Source of the DNA: Tubulanus polymorphus
Taxonomy: Eukaryota > Animalia > Nemertea
Length of the DNA stretch: 64,000 bases
Direction: 5' to 3'
Assembly (NCBI RefSeq): GCF_964204645.1
Contig: NC_134029.1
Span: 11,682,850-11,746,849, forward strand
The number at the start of each line of letters is the position of its first letter. Position 1 is the first letter of the stretch. The position numbers and the translations under genes were made by a program. Below, piece by piece: positions 59,086 through 64,000 of this stretch. The notes below the pieces were generated by a model. That model was not told where the DNA came from. It saw only the letters and a program-made list of their open reading frames with translations, and did not search any database.

Positions 59086-60163
59086 TTATTCTTTTAATTT
59101 TACTAGATAAAATCCATTCATTAAATTTATCATCATATCCTTTATATTTCACCAAAGAATACTTTTTTCCTTTAAGAGTTTTTGTTTTCAATACCTTTTC
59201 TATTTTGTATTCTATTTCATCTGGATTTGGTACTAATGATAATTCTTGTTCATAAAAATAACCTAATATTTCTTCATCTTTTAAATCAAACAATTTATAA
59301 ACAAATGGTTTAGTTAATATTATCTTTTTAATTTTAAATATTTCTTCAGTAAAATTAGGGGTATAACCTTTATAAAATGTTTTTCGATATTTAGAAATTC
59401 TAACATGTTGTCCTATTTTAAATTTAGGTTCTCCAAAATCATGTGTAACAAACGCGCCATATAAATTATTCCAAACTATTTCTGAATTTTCTTCTTTTCT
59501 AGCTTGTATAGGTTTCATATTTATAGAACTATGTTTAGAATTATTATAACCTTTCACTAAATCATCTAACACATCGATATATTTATATGTTTCATTAGCG
59601 GTGAAATATTTCCACATTCTAGTTTTCAATGTTTTATTAAATCTTTCTATAACAGATGCTTTTTTATCTGAATGTGTTGAAAAATATTCTACATCGTTAT
59701 CAGTTAATAGTTTTTTAAAATGTTTGTTATAAAATTCTTTACCTTCATCAAATTGTATTTTATCTGGGATAGCTTCTTTAAATATTAATTTGAAAGAATT
59801 TGTAACTTCTATACCAGTTTTATTTTTGATTGGAATTGACCATGCGTATCTACTGAATATATCTATAACATTTAGTATCCAAAAATATCCTTTGTTGTAT
59901 TCTTCTAAGTTTTTCATATCAATTAAATCAGCTTGCCATTGTTGGTCAATATATGAAACCATTACTTTTCTTGTTAAATAAGTTTTATCCATTTTCTTGT
60001 GGATTTGATATGTGGGTTGATTTTGTAACCATGATTTTAATTCACTATATTTTATTTTTTCTTTATCAGATTTAATTTTATCCCATAATTCCGAAACACT
60101 TGAATATGAAACTTCACTTTCTGGGTTGTAATATAAATCTCTTAAATATTGTTCTTTTTTCAT
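59078..60163 (-). CDS. Retroviral-like (rve) integrase with C-terminal chromodomain
   Basis: DDE triad WQADLIDM / IQFDEGKEF / VIERFNKTLK; chromodomain YKIEKVL...LVKYKGYDDKFNEWI. Confidence 0.95.
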   Translation of the reverse strand: MKKEQYLRDLYYNPESEVSYSSVSELWDKIKSDKEKIKYSELKSWLQNQPTYQIHKKMDKTYLTRKVMVSYIDQQWQADLIDMKNLEEYNKGYFWILNVIDIFSRYAWSIPIKNKTGIEVTNSFKLIFKEAIPDKIQFDEGKEFYNKHFKKLLTDNDVEYFSTHSDKKASVIERFNKTLKTRMWKYFTANETYKYIDVLDDLVKGYNNSKHSSINMKPIQARKEENSEIVWNNLYGAFVTHDFGEPKFKIGQHVRISKYRKTFYKGYTPNFTEEIFKIKKIILTKPFVYKLFDLKDEEILGYFYEQELSLVPNPDEIEYKIEKVLKTKTLKGKKYSLVKYKGYDDKFNEWILSSKIKRINE

Positions 60164-60169
60164 CTTATT

Positions 60170-60565
60170 TTAATCCATTAATAATATTTTAGATTTATTT
60201 TCATTTGATTTATGATTTGACTTATTTTCGGGTATGATAGGTTTATTGTCATTGGAATCATCTTTATCATCAGATTTGAATTTTGATTTATATATTACAC
60301 CGGATAATATAATAACTGTTACTAATCCAATTGTAATATATAATTTATAATTACTTCCAACATTAGAAGAATTAGATGGATTATTATTTGAATCAATACC
60401 ACCGTGTGGGTGCCGTACGACACCATCAGATAAAGTCTGTGATTCATTTATATCAGTTAATTTCTTTTTCTTAGCTTTTTTTAATTCTGATGATCTTTTA
60501 CCTAATTCTCTTGCCCATTTAATTTGTTTCTCGGATCTAACCTTTTTTTTAACTCCATCACTCAT
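60170..60565 (-). CDS. Basic protein with a single TM segment
   Basis: RSEKQIKWARELG N-terminus; LYITIGLVTVIILSGVIY. Confidence 0.7.
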   Translation of the reverse strand: MSDGVKKKVRSEKQIKWARELGKRSSELKKAKKKKLTDINESQTLSDGVVRHPHGGIDSNNNPSNSSNVGSNYKLYITIGLVTVIILSGVIYKSKFKSDDKDDSNDNKPIIPENKSNHKSNENKSKILLMD

Positions 60566-61160
60566 TTATTTTAGTTAATTTTTGTTCTGATTCATTTTCT
60601 GTTTCGACGTTTGGTTGTAGTACATCTGTTTCGTTCTTACCTGATTTACATTCCATAGGTTTGATGTTCGAAAATGTTATAACTCCAGTAGAAATCAATG
60701 TCATAACCGATCCTAATTGAAATGAAGCATATCCGACCCATTTTTGTAATTCAGTCATAACTAAGTAGTCATTTTTCAAATCATTATATAATTTATTTTC
60801 ATCATCAATTGGTATTAACTGGTTACATAACTTAGAGTAACATTTGACAATACCATCTGAAATAGAATCATTTATTCTAGCTAATCTTGCTTCTTCATAA
60901 ATCTTAAAATATTTTATTACTTTATCTGGTTTCATAGCATCTAGGTCTTGAAAAGTAATGATTCTATTTAAAAACTCATTAGTTTTTCCACCAGCAATCA
61001 ATAGTTCTATATGATGCTTACAATATAAATAGTATTCATAATCTATATTGTTATTAACTTGAATAGAATTAGAAACAACTGTATCTTTATTATCACTTAT
61101 ACCCAAATCATCTAATGTTTTTTCAATATCAGTATTATTCTTACTCGATTTCTTTGACAT
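60558..61160 (-). CDS. Hypothetical protein with hydrophobic C-proximal segment
   Basis: Intact ORF overlapping the next gene by 8 nt; shared start motif. Confidence 0.7.
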   Translation of the reverse strand: MSKKSSKNNTDIEKTLDDLGISDNKDTVVSNSIQVNNNIDYEYYLYCKHHIELLIAGGKTNEFLNRIITFQDLDAMKPDKVIKYFKIYEEARLARINDSISDGIVKCYSKLCNQLIPIDDENKLYNDLKNDYLVMTELQKWVGYASFQLGSVMTLISTGVITFSNIKPMECKSGKNETDVLQPNVETENESEQKLTKINE

Positions 61161-61418
61161 TTATATTAGAGAAATTTAATAAGAAAAATATTATAAGTAT
61201 TATAAAATGATACTAGCTAGTTAAAGCTAAAGAATTCTAGTATTGACTACTGATACTAGCTATTTGAATTTAAAGAATTTCTATTCGGATCTATTCAAAA
61301 TATAAAGTATTCTCTTTTTGAAAAGAAAATATTAAAAATATAATAGAATTCACTAGCTAGTTGAAGTTATTGTTTTTTAAATACTTTTTATTATATTTTA
61401 TTTGAGATATATTATTCT

Positions 61419-62084
61419 TTAACCACTCATTAAAGACTCAACGTATTGTTCATTATTTGGATTATTATTCCATAATTCAAAAAATTTTTTTACTTTATCC
61501 AGTTGATTCAAATATAACTGTAAATCTAGTTTGTCATGTTTAATCATATTTTCTTTCTTTTCAAGAGGTCTTAAATTTCTCCAGTTCCAGATTAGCTTCT
61601 TATTATAATCATCATTCATGTTAAATTTAGATATTGGTAACACGTGATCAATATGGTAATAATCCCCATAATTATCAATATTCATTTTATCATCGAATTG
61701 AAATATAATCCATGATTTGAGAAATTCATCTGAACAACCCAATAAATTAGATAGTGTTTCTGAATATGTTTCTTTGTTAAATAATTGTGTTAATCTAGAC
61801 CGTAAACATTGTTTCAATCTAAAATTAAGATCTGTTTGATATCTTTCTCTCATATATTCTGTCATATAATCATTATAAGATTCTCTATTATCTTCTCGAT
61901 ATTGTTTGGTATATAGTTTAATGCAAGTTTTACAGTAATATTGAAAACCATCTTTGCTAATCTTACGCTTACTAAATTCTGTTAATGATTTATCTAATTC
62001 ACATTTAGAACACTTTTTGTAATATATGTTTATAACGCCAGTGTTATTTGTAATATTGATAGTTTGTGGTTGTTCTGGTTCCAT
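61419..62084 (-). CDS. HNH endonuclease (intact)
   Basis: KKCSKC...CKTC zinc ribbon; YHIDHVLPISKF...WNWRNLRPLEKKENMIK. Confidence 0.85.
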   Translation of the reverse strand: MEPEQPQTINITNNTGVINIYYKKCSKCELDKSLTEFSKRKISKDGFQYYCKTCIKLYTKQYREDNRESYNDYMTEYMRERYQTDLNFRLKQCLRSRLTQLFNKETYSETLSNLLGCSDEFLKSWIIFQFDDKMNIDNYGDYYHIDHVLPISKFNMNDDYNKKLIWNWRNLRPLEKKENMIKHDKLDLQLYLNQLDKVKKFFELWNNNPNNEQYVESLMSG

Positions 62085-62219
62085 TTATTATACGTATTTT
62101 TTTACTAAATTGGTTAATAATTTATAATCCTCTTCTATTTCTTCGACTAACGTTATCCTTTTTCATTCCTAGCTGCTTTTGATAAGTTTTTTCGATTCCT
62201 TGATATCTAAATCATACAA

Positions 62220-62560
62220 GCAGCCGGCCATTTATGGCCGGTTTTGCTTAATGCGCATGCGTTAAACATAATTATAAATTCATTCTATAAATTCTGTAAA
62301 ATAGAAACAACACATGCGTTACATGTGTCACATGCGGCCATTGATGGCCGGTTTTGCTTAATGCACATGTGTTAATCCTAATTATATATTCATTCTATAA
62401 ATTCTGTAAAATAGAAACAACTGAACATAGAAAATTCAAACGCATTCATGTCCCTCGTCACATGCGTTACATGTGTCACATGCGTCACATGCGGCCATTT
62501 ATGGCCGGTTTTGCTTAATGCGTATGTGTTAAACATAATAGAAACGACTGAACATAAAAA
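62220..62560. repeat. Three imperfect repeats with GGCCATTTATGGCC palindromes and CACATG boxes
   Basis: GGCCATTT(A/G)ATGGCCGGTTTTGCTTAATG-type units at ~62226, 62336 and 62493. Confidence 0.8.
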
Positions 62561-63172
62561 TTCACAAATCAGATTTACACAATACATTATACAAGTTGTT
62601 CAGTCATTTCTTCTAATACATCATTTGATTTCTGTAAATACAATTTATAATTACAAACATTTTTTCAATTGCTGGTAAATATTTAACTACATCAACAAAT
62701 GTTAAACTTAATCATTGGAGTCTTAATGTTTTTGAAATTCTTATATTTCTTCTTCGATCTTTTAGCGATTCTATTGGTTTGATATCCACCGGTTTGTGCG
62801 TGTTTAATTTGACACCAGTTCCACAGTTGTATATAGGTTTATTTGACTCTGGGCCTAGTTCCACAGTTATCTAAAAGATATATCAAAATATAAATTGCTA
62901 CACATAAATATATTTAAAGGTTTCATATTTAGCGGCCTTAATAAACAAAAACTGTACTTACATTTAACTCACGAACTGTAAACTGTATATGATGTGGTGT
63001 TTATGAGACTGTTATGATACAACGTTTATGAGAATATCCTGGTTATGACACAATGTTTATGAGACTATATCCGTTGAAAAGCGATCGATATATGCTGGTA
63101 TTTCGTTCTGTGTGTGTATACGCAACTAATTGCTTTTCACCCGTAGACTGTCAAGCGTCTGATGTGCGCGCC

Positions 63173-63250
63173 TATTTATACTATTCTATGCTCAGAAACA
63201 TCTAGAATAAGTGTGTTGAGACTTGCGAATTATGAGATTTTTGATTGGTT
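63173..63250 (-). promoter_or_regulatory. Putative Pol II promoter (CCAAT plus TATA)
   Basis: Minus strand CCAAT at 63244-48 and TATAAATA at 63173-80, upstream of a GT-AG intron at 62871-62961. Confidence 0.45.
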
Positions 63251-63506
63251 AGAGCTTAGTTGTCCAGAAACATCTAAAAAGCGCGTTGAGACTTGTAAAT
63301 TATGAGATTTGTGATTCGCTAACGTCCGCCGTATGATGTATAATACACAACGCGTTGAGACTTGTAAATATAGTTGAAAAAAAATCAATAATAAAGGCAT
63401 TTAGATCAATGAAATTAATTAACTCTTTACAATTGAAATATAAGCTGGTAACATATGTTTACTAGAGCTAATACAACCAACTATATAGCTGAGTATTATC
63501 GGGTGT

Positions 63507-63680
63507 TTATAACGATTCAACATATTTTTCACTATATGTTGAGTTCCTTAATTCGATAAATGTCTTTGCTTTAACCAACTGGACTAAAAACAAATGTGTT
63601 CTAGTTTTATTGTGTCTTGCTTTTTGGGATTTATCTATATCGATATTACATGTTGGGCAGTAGTACTTATTTGCTTCCAT
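63507..63680 (-). CDS. 57-aa chimeric ORF: pPolB N-terminal zinc finger fused to HNH C-terminal tail
   Basis: MEANKYYCPTC...KTRTH plus LFLVQLVKAKTFIELRNSTYSEKYVESL; open and in frame. Confidence 0.5.
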   Translation of the reverse strand: MEANKYYCPTCNIDIDKSQKARHNKTRTHLFLVQLVKAKTFIELRNSTYSEKYVESL

Positions 63681-63971
63681 TTTAATACTATATTTTTTAT
63701 TAAAATTGATTTTAGAAGTTCAATGATTTAAATGTTATTCATATATATATGAATAACATTTAAGAGTAATAGGGGTAATGGGCTTTCATATCAAAGGTTG
63801 AAAGGTTGAGGTTGATAAATTTTCCAAATGTTAAAATAATAATAATTTCTACTTGAATTAGGAGTGTACGCGACTAATTCAAGTAGAAATTGTTGTTATT
63901 TTAACATTTTGGAAAATTTCTCGGGCTCGACCTTTCGACCTTTGGTATGAAAGCCCATTACCCCTATTACT
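63592..63971 (-). repeat. Right TIR
   Basis: Reverse complement of 46026-46404. Confidence 0.95.
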
Positions 63972-64000
63972 AACATGCGATTTTGGCTCGTTTTGGTTGT

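Larger units (their letters stand above)
46026..63971. mobile_element. Complete Polinton/Maverick (adintovirus-like endogenous virus), ~17.9 kb
   Basis: 5'-AG...CT-3' ends, 6-bp TSD AACATG (46020-25 and 63972-77), ~380-bp TIRs, pPolB, rve integrase, packaging ATPase and capsid genes. Confidence 0.97.

Noticed and set aside
46026-63971. Contaminating phage, plasmid or free virus contig
   Set aside because: Perfect 6-bp TSD and AG...CT ends show genuine integration

Overview
AT-rich animal (probably bilaterian invertebrate) genomic DNA, not prokaryotic. Bases 1-19 kb hold the last four coding exons of a P4-type phospholipid flippase (ATP10-like, + strand). Its 12-kb intron contains MITEs and a degenerate DIRS1-type retrotransposon that keeps its ITR/ICR architecture. 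Bases 21-42 kb are a nest of transposons: a full-length BEL/Pao LTR element inside a Helentron-type (HINE-like) repeat, a CTCF-motif tandem array, an 8.6-kb non-coding TIR element with nested MITEs, and a 32-bp micro-element. Bases 46026-63971 are a complete, young, ~18-kb Polinton/Maverick-type endogenous virus with a 6-bp TSD and ~380-bp TIRs, encoding pPolB, minor and major capsid proteins, a packaging ATPase, an integrase-chromodomain and an HNH nuclease. It appears to sit inside the end of an older relative (42.4-46 kb). Its unusual traits are ~206-nt fold-back hairpins at both termini, a poxvirus-like TAAATG initiator on nearly every gene in two upstream motif classes, no recognisable adenain protease but several membrane-protein genes, a separate host-Pol II-like spliced unit, and TIR expansion that overwrote an HNH gene. 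All family assignments come from motif recognition by eye; no searches were run.
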